From Prasinococcaceae sp. CCMP 1430 (Eukaryota > Plantae > Prasinodermophyta): a DNA stretch of 64,000 nucleotides. Below, in pieces: positions 52,320 through 62,856 of this stretch; the first letter of the stretch is position 1, and each line of letters begins with the position of its first letter. The stretch spans positions 31,555 through 95,554 of the forward strand of contig RQSC01001165.1 of the NCBI GenBank assembly GCA_013416795.1, written 5' to 3'. The notes under the pieces are model-generated. The model made no database searches. It had not been told where the DNA came from and saw only the letters and a list, made by a program, of their open reading frames with translations. The translations under genes and the position numbers were made by a program.

Positions 52320-54419
52320 CTAGGACGAGGCGGCGAGCGGCGCGCTCGCGGGCACGCCCCGCCGGCTGGGGCTGTCGCCGGAGTGAGCCCCCGAGCGGAG
52401 GGAGTCACTGCCGGCCTTTCCGCCGAGCCTCTCCCCCACGCGCGCCACGCTGTGTTTGTACTTGTCGGGCGTCTTGTGCTGCGCCTCGAGTCTGCCAATG
52501 CAAGGGCCGCAGTATCCGTCAATGCCATGGCAGCGACGGCTGAGCGCCTTCACGCAGCAAAGCACGGCGCGCAAGTCTCGTTCCTCGTACAGATGATCGG
52601 CCTGGAAGAGACTCATGGACGTCACGCCAATCGCCTTGCACTTGTCGAGGAACCGGCCGATGTTGTCACGCAACTTCGCCTTCGCTTTCGTGACCCCAGG
52701 AGCGAACTCGTCGGCATCCGCGTCGGGCACCCCGACGTAGTTGATTGTGATTTGTCGCGCGAGCGAGGCGTCGAGCGCGCGTAACGTCACTGCGTTGGCT
52801 AGCTCGCAGAGCGCAATGCCGTCCCGCAGGCGGGGCAGCAAGTCGTTGGCGGCATCTGCGCGATCCTCGCCCAGGAGAATGCCCGCGCGCTCGTCGCCAA
52901 GCACGTCGAACATCCAAGCCACGACTTGTTCCTCATCAGTCCCGGAGTACTCGCCATCGTAAGGTGCGGGGCTGGAGAATTCGAGCGGCTCGCCCGCGCC
53001 CACTCCCGCGGGCCCTTCTTCGCACCGCCCCACGTTCCCCGCGTTATCGATCAGGCCAGCGACGCGTACGCGCAGCGGCCCGTCCGGCGCGTCGCCGGGC
53101 GACATTTCTCTCGCGCACTCCCACGAGGCACTCAGTCCATTGGCGCCACTGCGGCCGAGCGCGGTGACGGAGGTACACACCGCGTCGCTGTCGCCGACGG
53201 TGAACTCGGGTGCGCGCACGGGCTTGTCGGCGGTCACCGTGACAATCACCCGGTCGCCGATTGTCGCACAACCATGCTTGATCTCCGAACCCTTCGCGTT
53301 GCACGCCTTGCAGGAAAAGCGCAAGCACGTGGGCGCTGCCGCGTCCAGCACGAGGGCCGCACCGTCCTTGGCGGTGTGCAGATCGGCCTCCGCTCCCTCT
53401 ACGCGCGTGCTCACGTCGGAGAAGTTGCTCACGCGCAGCACGAGGTCTCCATCCGCACCACGCATGGTCTCGGGCACGACGCACGTGACCGTGAATGCGC
53501 CACCCTTGCTGCTCACCTCACACGCTTGTGTGGTATCGCTGGCCAGCGCAACCAGGGCGACGTTGGGCGTCGTGAGCGCTTGCTCTGGGTGGCAAGACAC
53601 GAGCGATGCAAATAGGGACGATCCCACGGTGAAGGCGCTCGAATCGGCGCCGCAAGGGGCGACTGCGCGCAGCGAGGCGCACTCGAGTGCGGGATGCCGC
53701 GTGTCGGCGATTGGCAGGGGCGTGGCACCCTCGCCGCGCAGCTCGCGCAGACTCACTCTCGCATGGCGCGGCTCACCAGACGGCGCGCACGCGTGCAGCG
53801 GCTCGACCTCCGCGAGGAACTGCAGTGTGGCGCGCTCGGCCTGTTCACCTCCACGCAAAGTGTACGTCGCGACGTACGCGCTGCCATCCGCCGGATCGGC
53901 CGCGCGCTCGACGCGCGCCACGTCGCCGCTGCCGAACGTGACCTTCGGCGGGGCCATCGGCTCGCTCGCGACGAGCGTGAGCTGGACGGTGGAGCCGATG
54001 GAGACGATGGCGTTGCCGTCGTCGTCAGTGGCGGGATCGGCGCACGCTAGCTCCGCGCGCTGGACGACGAACGCGGGCGGCTTGCTCGTGACTGCCGCAA
54101 GCGCCTCGCGCCAACGCCTCTCGGCTTGATAGCTATCAGCCTTGAGCACGAAGAGGCGCACGCGTTGCTTGTTGACCTCAAGCGCGTTGAAGGCCAATTC
54201 CTGCGCTTCCCCCTGGACCCACTCCATGTCCGACAGGTCCGCCACGCCGAGCGCCTCGCCGCCCTCCTCTTGCGACCAGCTGAGGTCCTTTCCGCGCAGC
54301 GTGAAGTGGCGGTCTTGCCAGATGGCCGGCCAACGCGTGGTGCGCTTCTTCTTCAGCACGCCGTCGAGGTGCACCACTCCGCTCTCGTCGAAGAACAGCA
54401 TCTCGCCGGACGCCGCCAT
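52320..54419 (-). CDS. PH domain + three bacterial-type Ig-like repeats + calponin-homology domain protein (699 aa)
   Basis: GVLKKK...WQDRHFTL (PH); G.TV.LT..ASEP..PP.VT, VTVTADKPV..P.FTV, D.AGN.G (Big-like); V.AWM...LRDG.ALC.LAN...NI..FL..C..IGV...LFQ...LYE..D...VL (CH). Confidence 0.8.
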   Translation of the reverse strand: MAASGEMLFFDESGVVHLDGVLKKKRTTRWPAIWQDRHFTLRGKDLSWSQEEGGEALGVADLSDMEWVQGEAQELAFNALEVNKQRVRLFVLKADSYQAERRWREALAAVTSKPPAFVVQRAELACADPATDDDGNAIVSIGSTVQLTLVASEPMAPPKVTFGSGDVARVERAADPADGSAYVATYTLRGGEQAERATLQFLAEVEPLHACAPSGEPRHARVSLRELRGEGATPLPIADTRHPALECASLRAVAPCGADSSAFTVGSSLFASLVSCHPEQALTTPNVALVALASDTTQACEVSSKGGAFTVTCVVPETMRGADGDLVLRVSNFSDVSTRVEGAEADLHTAKDGAALVLDAAAPTCLRFSCKACNAKGSEIKHGCATIGDRVIVTVTADKPVRAPEFTVGDSDAVCTSVTALGRSGANGLSASWECAREMSPGDAPDGPLRVRVAGLIDNAGNVGRCEEGPAGVGAGEPLEFSSPAPYDGEYSGTDEEQVVAWMFDVLGDERAGILLGEDRADAANDLLPRLRDGIALCELANAVTLRALDASLARQITINYVGVPDADADEFAPGVTKAKAKLRDNIGRFLDKCKAIGVTSMSLFQADHLYEERDLRAVLCCVKALSRRCHGIDGYCGPCIGRLEAQHKTPDKYKHSVARVGERLGGKAGSDSLRSGAHSGDSPSRRGVPASAPLAASS

Positions 54420-55145
54420 CCCGACGTGTGTGGGGGCGCGTCGCTCTCTCCCCCCTGCCCCCGTAGCCCTTCCGCGAGGCTGGGCGTCCCGAGCGCCCCC
54501 TATGGCGCCGTCCCCACCAACCCCTGCCGACCCGCGCCAGTCCGCCCTGCGCCGCGCGAGAGCCGGGCGCCTGGTATTCCCCTCTCCGATCCATCACTGC
54601 GCATTGTCCTCCCTCCCCCCCGTCAGCGCCCTTCCACCGAGCGGCGCGCGTCGCGTCGCGCGGCGCCGCGGCCGCGTGCCCGTTGGGCGCTCGCCCGCAC
54701 AACGGCCGCGAGCCCAGGGTGCGCCCTCTCGCCCCCCCCCGCGGGGGGCCACCGCCGCCGCTTGCGCGCAACGCGCCGCCAACAGGGGGATGCGCAGCCG
54801 TGCGCCCGTGTGTGTGTATGTGTGTGTGTGTGTCCCTTGGCGCCCCCCCCCCACCTACGCGCGAGCGCGCAAGCGCCTTGCGCAGCGTGCGTCGCGGCGC
54901 GTCCCCTCTTGCTTTGCTTTGCGTTGCTGCGTGCCCCTTGGCGCCCGGCGCCCGACGAGCGCGCCCGCGCCCGCGTTGCGGGGAACGGCGGGGCCGGCCG
55001 GCCGGCGCGGGGGAACGCGGCCCACCGACGGAAGAAGGAACGCCTCCTCCTCGTCATCGCAGCCACCGTCAACTCAGACCGCGCGCGCACCAGCCAGAGC
55101 GCGCGCGCGAGCGCGGCGGCAACGCCCCCCCCCTTCCCCCCCCCC

Positions 55146-55365
55146 NNNNNNNNNNNNNNNNNNNNNNNNNNNNNNNNNNNNNNNNNNNNNNNNNNNNNNN
55201 NNNNNNNNNNNNNNNNNNNNNNNNNNNNNNNNNNNNNNNNNNNNNNNNNNNNNNNNNNNNNNNNNNNNNNNNNNNNNNNNNNNNNNNNNNNNNNNNNNNN
55301 NNNNNNNNNNNNNNNNNNNNNNNNNNNNNNNNNNNNNNNNNNNNNNNNNNNNNNNNNNNNNNNNN
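55146..55365. other. Assembly gap (N run)
   Basis: N run. Confidence 1.
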
Positions 55366-55615
55366 CGCTGCGCTCCGCCGCGCGCGCGCCCCCGATCCCC
55401 ATCCGCCCCCCCCCTCCCGCACGCGCAGGTGCCGCGGGCCATGCCTCTGACGCGCGTGTGCGTGTGCGTGTTCCCACGGAACAGCAGGGGAAAACCCGGG
55501 GCGGTGAAACGTGCGGCCGCGGCGCGCCGCGCGCGCGCGCGCGACGGCGCCGAAACCTCAACCCATCAGACGGAGCGACGCCCTCGTCAAAACCCACAGC
55601 AACCAGCGCGCATGC

Positions 55616-55625
55616 AAACCCTAAA
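55616..55625 (+). promoter_or_regulatory. Telo-box-like motif AAACCCTAAA
   Basis: Exact plant telomere-repeat/telo-box match in an intergenic region upstream of the SWIB gene. Confidence 0.4.
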
Positions 55626-55734
55626 TCACGTGCTTGCGACCTTTTACCCTAAATATGGGCGGCGAAGGTCGAGGCGGTTGCGCGCGGGGGGGGGGCATCT
55701 TCGGCGCGCGCGCGCGCCCGGCGCGCGCGCGCGC

Positions 55735-56727
55735 GGCACGCTGCGGCTGCACGTGTACAACACCTACGAGGGCGCGGCCGCCGATGGCGGGTCCACGGCG
55801 GTCACGCTGCACGTCGTCGGACGCGCGCTGGGATGCGAGGGGCGCTGCCCGCTGTCGAGCGTCGTCGAGCGCGTGGAGGTGGGCTTCGAGCACGCGGGCG
55901 CCGGCGGCAGCGTGCCGCGGAGCGCCACGTGGGCGCCCCCGAACGAGGAGGGCGGCAGCGGCGCGTGCGATCGCATTGAGGTGCGGCGCGAGGTGGCCGG
56001 TGGAGGCAGGGAGTGCGTGGCCAAGATCAGGATCTTCCTTCGGCGAGAGCACAAGTACTTCGTCGCGGCCCCAGCGCTCGCGGCGCTGCTGGGGATTGCA
56101 GAGGACACGCACGCGCGCTTCATGCAAGCGCTCTGGTCGTACTGCCGTGCGCGCGGCCTGGTGTGTGCCGACGATCCCGGCGCGGTGTCGCTCGACGCGC
56201 AGCTGCGCGCGCTGCTGTCGGTGGCAGGCGCGCCCACTTCGCATCCCGAGCTGTGCAAGGGGCGCGCAGCGTTCGCCACGGTGTGCGCGTACGCGGCGGA
56301 CCTGCTGTCGGAGGCGCCGCCGGTGAGCATAGAGCACCGGCTCGCGACTGGGAAACAGCAACAGCGGGGCGCGAAGGCCAGCAATGGTGGCGTCGGCGGC
56401 GCGAGCCCCGAAAGCTGCTACGACATCGAGGTCGAGCTCGCTGCTCCGAGCGTGCGAGATGCCGACTCCGATGCTGTCGCCCAGGCTTGCGACGACGAGC
56501 TGAGGGCGCTGTGCGGGCGCATCGAGGGCGCCGCGGCCCGTGCCGCCTTCTTCCGCGCGTTCGAGGCATCGCCAGTGGACTTCATCAACGCGACTGTCCT
56601 CAGCCAGGGCAGGGACCTCCAAGTGGCGGCGGCCAGCGATGCGCGTGCGCGCTCTGCGAGCAGCACCGACGGGTTTGCACAACCGTGGGCGGCGCGAGCG
56701 GCAGACGTGTATCTCAAGCGGCGCTGA
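55735..56727 (+). CDS. SWIB-domain SWI/SNF subunit (BAF60/SMARCD/SWP73-like), 5'-truncated
   Basis: TLRLHVYNT, LAALLGI...T...MQALW.Y...GL, PP..I.H.L, CYDIEV, R..FF..F..SPVDFIN....Q.RDL, F.QPW. Confidence 0.85.
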   Translation, partial: GTLRLHVYNTYEGAAADGGSTAVTLHVVGRALGCEGRCPLSSVVERVEVGFEHAGAGGSVPRSATWAPPNEEGGSGACDRIEVRREVAGGGRECVAKIRIFLRREHKYFVAAPALAALLGIAEDTHARFMQALWSYCRARGLVCADDPGAVSLDAQLRALLSVAGAPTSHPELCKGRAAFATVCAYAADLLSEAPPVSIEHRLATGKQQQRGAKASNGGVGGASPESCYDIEVELAAPSVRDADSDAVAQACDDELRALCGRIEGAAARAAFFRAFEASPVDFINATVLSQGRDLQVAAASDARARSASSTDGFAQPWAARAADVYLKRR

Positions 56728-56829
56728 GTACTCACCACCCCGTAAACCGAGACGCGCCCCGAGCGACTTCTTGAAACGCGAGCGCACGCGCAGCCACATG
56801 CGCGGGGACCATAGTCGACGAGACATTTT

Positions 56830-57443
56830 TTACAGGAGTCTCACGGTTGGATCAGGGAGGGTAACATCCTCGTACTCTCCGTCATCATAGCGGATCCTGA
56901 ACTCCTGCGTGTCGTCGTTGAATGACTCCAGAGTGCCAGGGAAGTACACCCCGTAAGCATCCCAGAGGGCCTCCACGCGACGCCCGACGCACTCGGCCCC
57001 CCACTCGCAGTCCTCAGGGGTGGCTCGCGGCTTGCCCTTGCCCTTCTCCTTGCCGACGGGCGCACTCTTTTTGTTGGACGCGCCGGCGCCCGACTCGGCC
57101 TTTGCCATCGGACCCGTGCTCGCCGCGTCGGCCTTGCTCTTGGCACCATCCGCTCGCTCTTCGAGAGCAACCGCGTCAAGTCTCAGGCCACGGTGGCGCA
57201 CGATGTGCGCCTGCAACACGTTGCGCTCCTGGAGAGCAAACACGACCACGTCACCTGTTGAAAGGCGGTGATCGAGGGAAAATCCTGAACAAAGACGTGC
57301 GGAGTGGGCGAGCGCGGCACCTTCGCGTTAGCGCATCTCACGCATCTCGCCCTTCGAGAGGAGGCGCGCGTGCGGGGGGGGGGGGGGGGGAAGGGGGGGG
57401 GGGGGGTGCCACTCGGCGCGCGGGCGGCGGCGCGGGAGGGCAG

Positions 57444-57475
<32 letters not shown>

Positions 57476-58292
57476 AGCGGCTGTGTGCATGCGGAGTACG
57501 GGGCAGAGCAGAACCCACGCGCGCACAGTAGCGAGTAAACCTGAGAGCAGGAGGGGGCGTGGTAGCGGCGAGGCAGTGCGTACCTCTCCAGCCGCCACTC
57601 AGGCCAGCTGCGCCCTTTGGGCGCGGGAGCAGCACGACCGGCCAGCGTGCATCGCTCGGGTCGTTCTCCCGGCTCTTGCCATTTGCCTCGCGGATGCTTT
57701 GGCCTAGCTCCGCGTCGGTCTCTACTGCCTGCAAAAAGATGGTCTCCTTGGCGTACGATGCGAAGGTGGCGTGCGACTCCTTCGGCAGCTGCATCCAAAA
57801 GCCCCCGGACACCTGCGACGGGCTCATCACCTTCACCCACGCTCGCATCGGCTTGAGCTTGGCGACGACGTCATCCGCAGCGCACATCGCGTCCACGACA
57901 GCGTCCCGTGGGGGCCACACGTCGGCGCCGGCATGCGCCAGGCGCAGCGCGCGCGAGCGCCCGCTCTCTGCACCACCTCCGCCGCGCCTCCGCCACACTT
58001 GGCCCGTGATGTCTGCATAGTCGGTCTGGTTGTACTTCACCTGCAGGGCAGGATTCTCAGACACGCGGCGGCTCTTGCGCTCCGGCGCCGCGGCCGCGCG
58101 CTCGGCGCGGCGCTTGCGCGCAGCCTCCGCCCTCTCGGCTTTCACGGCCTTGCTAGCGCCGCCTGCCCCGCCGGCGGCCGCGCGCCCCTCTGCGGCCATC
58201 GCCCGCGCAAGGTCCTTGAGCATGAGCTCCTCGAGACGCGCGCGATTCTGCGCGACCCGGCGAGCGCGCTCCTCTTCGTACGCATTGGCCAT
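56830..58292 (-). CDS. B3 DNA-binding domain + C-terminal Tudor-like domain protein; exons 58292-57584, 57284-56830
   Basis: YEEER..R...N..RL; VK.M.PS.VSGGFW..LP; GLSGGWRGFSLDH.L..GD..VF (joined across intron); VGRRVEALW...YFPGT....D....RIRYDDG.YE. Confidence 0.88.
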
Positions 58293-58896
58293 CTCGCCAC
58301 CCCCCGCGCTTCAGCGCACGCCGGTGCCCGCGCGCGCGCGCCCACGCGAGCGCAATCCCACGCACGCGCCTGCGCGCCGAGCCCCCGCGCACCGCCCAGG
58401 TGCGCCGCCCGCCCGCTGCTGTGGCGCGGGGCGCCGCGCCGCCGATCGGGTGTGGCGCACCTCCCGTTCGAACGCGGCGGGAAACGGAAAACGGTTGCTG
58501 CGGCGGCCGATGAATGCGCGCCTGCGCGGCGTGGCGCGTGGCCAGCATGGCTGACCCTGGCGGCCCCCGATCATGCTCGCGCTCGAAGTCTGCGGCATGT
58601 ACGCCCTCGCGGCGTAGGACCTACGTGCGCGCAGCGGCTGAGCCGACGCAGCACTCGCCGCGACAACCACGCAAGAGCACGGCAATGTGGCCAGTTGCGC
58701 ACTCCGTGGCTATGAACATGTCCTTCACTATTACTGCGAGGCGAGCGCGAGCCACCGCCGCGTCGCTCCTCCTGCCCTCACGCGCACCACATGCCTCGTA
58801 GTGGCTCGCCAAAATGCTCGGCCTGCACTTTCTGAGAGGACTCGCGTCGCCGCGCGCGAGGCGAGGCGCGCGAGGCGCTCGCCGTCTACCCCCGCG

Positions 58897-59448
58897 TCAC
58901 CCGCTGCCGGCCGTGAGGCGCTGTATGAGCTCCTCTCGCCCCCCGGCCGCGCTCTTCCCCGTGGCTTTGCAGAGCGCCCTCAGCTGCGCGTGCGTGTACG
59001 CGCCGAGGGCCGCTTCGCTAAAGAGGCCACCCACGCACGCATCCACTGTCGACGGGTCCGCTCCATCCGCCCCATCCCGCCCGCTGCCCAGCACGCCGTG
59101 GGCGACACCGAGATCCTCCGCGAGCTGCCTCGCCACCACCGCCGCTACCGCCGCGCGGCCCGCCTCGGCGGCGGCGTGTGCGCTCCCAGGCGAGCGCTGC
59201 GCGCGCGCGGCAGCCGCTGCGGCGGCCTTGCGCTGCCTTTCCATCGCTTCCCGCGCGTCAGCCGAGTGTGACGCAGCAGCCGCCGGCAGGCCCGCCGGCC
59301 GCCGCTCCGCCCACCCACCCTCGCCGCCGCGCCGCGCTGACGCGTCGCGCACAATCGCACTACGTTTGACCTTCAAGCCTGAAAGGGAAATCGCATCAAC
59401 TTTGACCTCTTTTTCCAACCGCTGTGGGCGCTGCTGCTCGACTCTCAT
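58897..59448 (-). CDS. SAP-domain protein (183 aa)
   Basis: C-terminal YTHAQLRALCKATGKSAAGGREELIQRL fits SAP consensus. Confidence 0.7.
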   Translation of the reverse strand: MRVEQQRPQRLEKEVKVDAISLSGLKVKRSAIVRDASARRGGEGGWAERRPAGLPAAAASHSADAREAMERQRKAAAAAAARAQRSPGSAHAAAEAGRAAVAAVVARQLAEDLGVAHGVLGSGRDGADGADPSTVDACVGGLFSEAALGAYTHAQLRALCKATGKSAAGGREELIQRLTAGSG

Positions 59449-59457
59449 CGGTGCTCC

Positions 59458-61818
59458 TCACTTTTTCCCGACGTGAAACCACCACTGCCAGGCGGCGGCG
59501 ATGAGGCGGTAGAGGACCGTCATGGCTATCAGGACGCCCGAGTTGCCCCAGATGTCGCGACCCGGAACGCCCGCTCCGATGTCGTACAGAGTGAGCACAT
59601 CGTCTCCCGGGACGGACTCCTGGCCTGGCTCGCAGAAGCTCAGCGTGCTGCTCTGGGTGCACGCGAAGCTGGCGCCCTCGAATTCGTTGGTCATGAAGCT
59701 CGCGAAGCTGTAACTGTGAAACCCAACCCAGTGCAGCCATCTCCACCACCAGCCGATCTTGTCGAGCGTGATGAAGAAGCCCTGCACCACCACTGCAAGT
59801 GTCAGAGGCGCGCGCGGGCGCGCGAGCGGTCAGCAAGGTCAGCGCCCGCGTCTGGCCCCACGAGGCGGCGAGGAGCGCTCGCCTTTCCTTCCTTCCGTGG
59901 ATACCACGCTTCGTCGTGCGCGCGGGGGAGCGCGGCGAGGGGCGCGCACGCACTGAAGGTCCCGTAGATGAAAGCACCCACGGCGATGCCCACGACGAAA
60001 AAGGGCACAATGCTGGCGACAACGAACATCAAGGCCTCAGCGCACGCAAAGGATATGAAGAGGTTCCACACGAAGAAGAAGAAGGCGTTGACGTCCGAGT
60101 TAAGGCCGATGAGCCAGTACGTTATCGACGAGCAGATGAGCGACAGCAGAAAGAGGAAGGGGAGCGATACGATGGCGTTAGCCACGTTGTACGCGGCCAC
60201 CCCGTACGTGCCGTTCGCCCGGTCGCGGATGAAGATCAGCTTGTCCTCGAGATACGCCGGAAGGACGCTGATGCTCATGAACACCTTGAAAGCCGCGATG
60301 AAGAACAGGACGTTGACAATGTCTTGGATGTCGTCGGCCTGCGTGCCTATTTGCAGCCACACTGTTCCAATCATGATACCCAGAGCGATGTACTGCGACG
60401 AGCGCGCGGCCACGGGCGTGAGCACGGGGGCGTGGGCGCAGCGCGCGGCGAGTGCGCAGGCCGGGCACATGCGCGCTTGCAGGCGCGCGTGCGCGCTCGC
60501 GCGGCTTTGCACTGCGCCCGGGCGTGCGTACCATAGCAAAGCGGAGCCACATGTACGCTGGGTTCCTCACCACGTTGACGAGCATGAGGCGGGAAAGCAC
60601 CACCGTCTGCCATAGAATGGAAGAGTCAGAGCTGCTCCCAGCGGTCAGTAGCGTCCACAGAGGTGCCTGGAAGCCCCTCGCCTCGCTCTCCTTCAGTGCT
60701 GTGTCCACCGCATCGCCTTTACCCGTACTGAGCACGGCGTCGAGCAGGTGCTTCGCCTCGGAGCTGTCGTAGGCGTCCAGAATTTCATCGACAGTCTCGT
60801 GCTCCTGAAAAGAGGTGTCCACCAGGTCGAGCATCCATTCGGCGCCGCTCGTGAGGGGCGGCACCTTGTGACCGAGTCCGGTGAAGTGGTCGACGGCGTT
60901 GGCCGTCAGGCCGAAGTATGCCGTGCGGCCGCCCGAGAGCAGCAGCAGCCCGTTGCTGAGATCGAAGACCTTCTCGCCCGGCTGATGGATGGTGAGCACG
61001 GTGGTCGTCCCGAGCGTCTTGGCCACCTCGTTCAGGGAGCGCACGACGTGGAGCGCGGCCGCCGAGTCCAGGCCACTCGTGGGCTCGTCCAAGAAGATGA
61101 TGCGCGGGCGCGCGACGAGCTGCACACCGACCGACACGCGCCGCTTTTGCCCACCGGAGAGCCCGCGGAAGAGCAGGCCGCCGATCTTGGTGTCCGCCTG
61201 GTCGTCGAGGCCCATGGCGCCCATCGCGGCTCGCGCCCGCTCGCGCGCCTCCGCCTCGTCCCACGGACAGTACATCCGGGCGTAGTAGAGCAGCGTTTCG
61301 TGCGTCGTGAGCGCCGCCGAGAGGACGTCGTCCTGCTGCACGTACTTGGCCACGGTCTTGAAGGTCAGCTCGTCCTTTGGCTCGCCGTCGACGGTCACGC
61401 CGCCCGTGACCCTCAGCTTGACGCGGTCCGCCAGCGCGTCCAGAAGCGAGCTCTTCCCCGCGCCCGATGGGCCCATGAGAAAGAGCACGCAGCCGGGCTT
61501 GGCAGCGCCGCTCACACCGTCGAGGATGCGCTTGTAGCCTCCGTCTGGCGTATGCACGCCGAAGCTGATGTCGCGGAAGCGCAGCCACGCGCCGCCAGCG
61601 CTGAGGCTCTGCGAGCCGCAGCGATGCGCCACGCCGTTCCCATCGAACGACGTCGCGCTCGAAGACGCCGACACAGCCACGGGTGCACCGTCGCCGCCTG
61701 TCGGCGTGCTGCCGCCGCGGCCGCCAGCCCCGCTCGGTGCGATAGCGCCGTGGTCGCTGCCGCCGCCGACAGTGCCGAGCTCGATCACGTGCGTCCCGCC
61801 ATCGTCACCGGAGGCCAT
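59458..61818 (-). CDS. ABCG: ABCG half-transporter (NBD-TMD); exons 61818-60532, 60392-59954, 59792-59458
   Basis: MGPSGAGKSSLL (Walker A), GLSGGQKRRV, FLDEPTSGLDS, TIHQP; TMD with RDRANGTY, QGFFI. Confidence 0.96.
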
Positions 61819-62856
61819 GCCGCGCGGCGCGGCGTGGCGCAATCGCGCGTGGCGGCTCCACGTGCACGCTGGGCGGCGCAGCGGCAAATTGCCAAGCTCT
61901 CAGCAAATTGACGGCAATGCCCCGCGCACACGCCTTGCGCGCTGTGCTGCGCCCTCTGGCCGCCGCTCCTCTTCACCCCCCCCCCCCACCCCACACACCT
62001 CTCTCCCTGCGCCACTGTGGCGGCGCCCATCTGGGGCCCCACCTGCGGGCTCCGCCCCGCCCCCGCGCGCCGCGCGCCCCGCTGCGAATGGCGACCGCGA
62101 CATTCACCAGATCATTCAGCTGCGCCGCGCCTCACGCCGCCCGCCGCGCCGCATCACGTGACGGCCGCGCCGACGGCGCCCGCCATCACCTCGCCGCCCG
62201 CCGCAAATAACGTCACATCCACATCACGTCACCGTCACAGCGTTTGATGCACATCAAAGCACATCGCATCGCAACATCACATCGCCTCGCACGCGGCATT
62301 GCCGCAGAGGGGCCCGGGCGCGACCCGCAGTGCGCGATGCGAGCAATTCAATTCAATGAACGGCTGCGTCAGCGGGCCGCCAACGCCCAGACGGCTGCGC
62401 CAAAATGCTATAATAAGAAAAGTAGAGGACATGTAACCACGGGCGACTGAAGTGTTCGATGCGGGCCGATCGCGCCGAGCGGGATTTTTTGGCGCGCGCG
62501 CGGCGATGCGCGTAGGCGCGTGCGCGCACGCGTGCGGGCACACAGCGTGCGACGCCTGCGGCAGGCGGGGTGGGGGCAACGACGCGCCGCACGTGGGCAG
62601 CGGAAGGGGTGGAGGTGGCAGTACGAGGCTGCCGGGGCCGCCAATTCGGGCGCAAGAGGCGCCTCCCCGCCCCCTCGACGCTGCGCACGCGCGCACGCGC
62701 GCAGAATTGTAACGGCGCGCTCGCGGTCGCGCACCCGAAGCGTGTGGTCAGCCAAGGCGCGGCGCCTCCCTCGCGGCGCGGGGAGGGACATCGCCAGGTC
62801 GCCAGGGGTTGACGCTCCTAGACCGCTGCCGCGCCCCCGTGCCCCCCTCGCCTACC

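Noticed and set aside
57374-57472. Functional G-quadruplex in the B3 intron
   Set aside because: Pure G runs of uncertain length, like those flanking the gaps; no independent support
11350-61911. Many long antisense or alternate-frame ORFs in the track (e.g. 11350-12612, 31619-33595, 60748-61911)
   Set aside because: Arg/Ala-rich shadows of real genes, expected at this GC content
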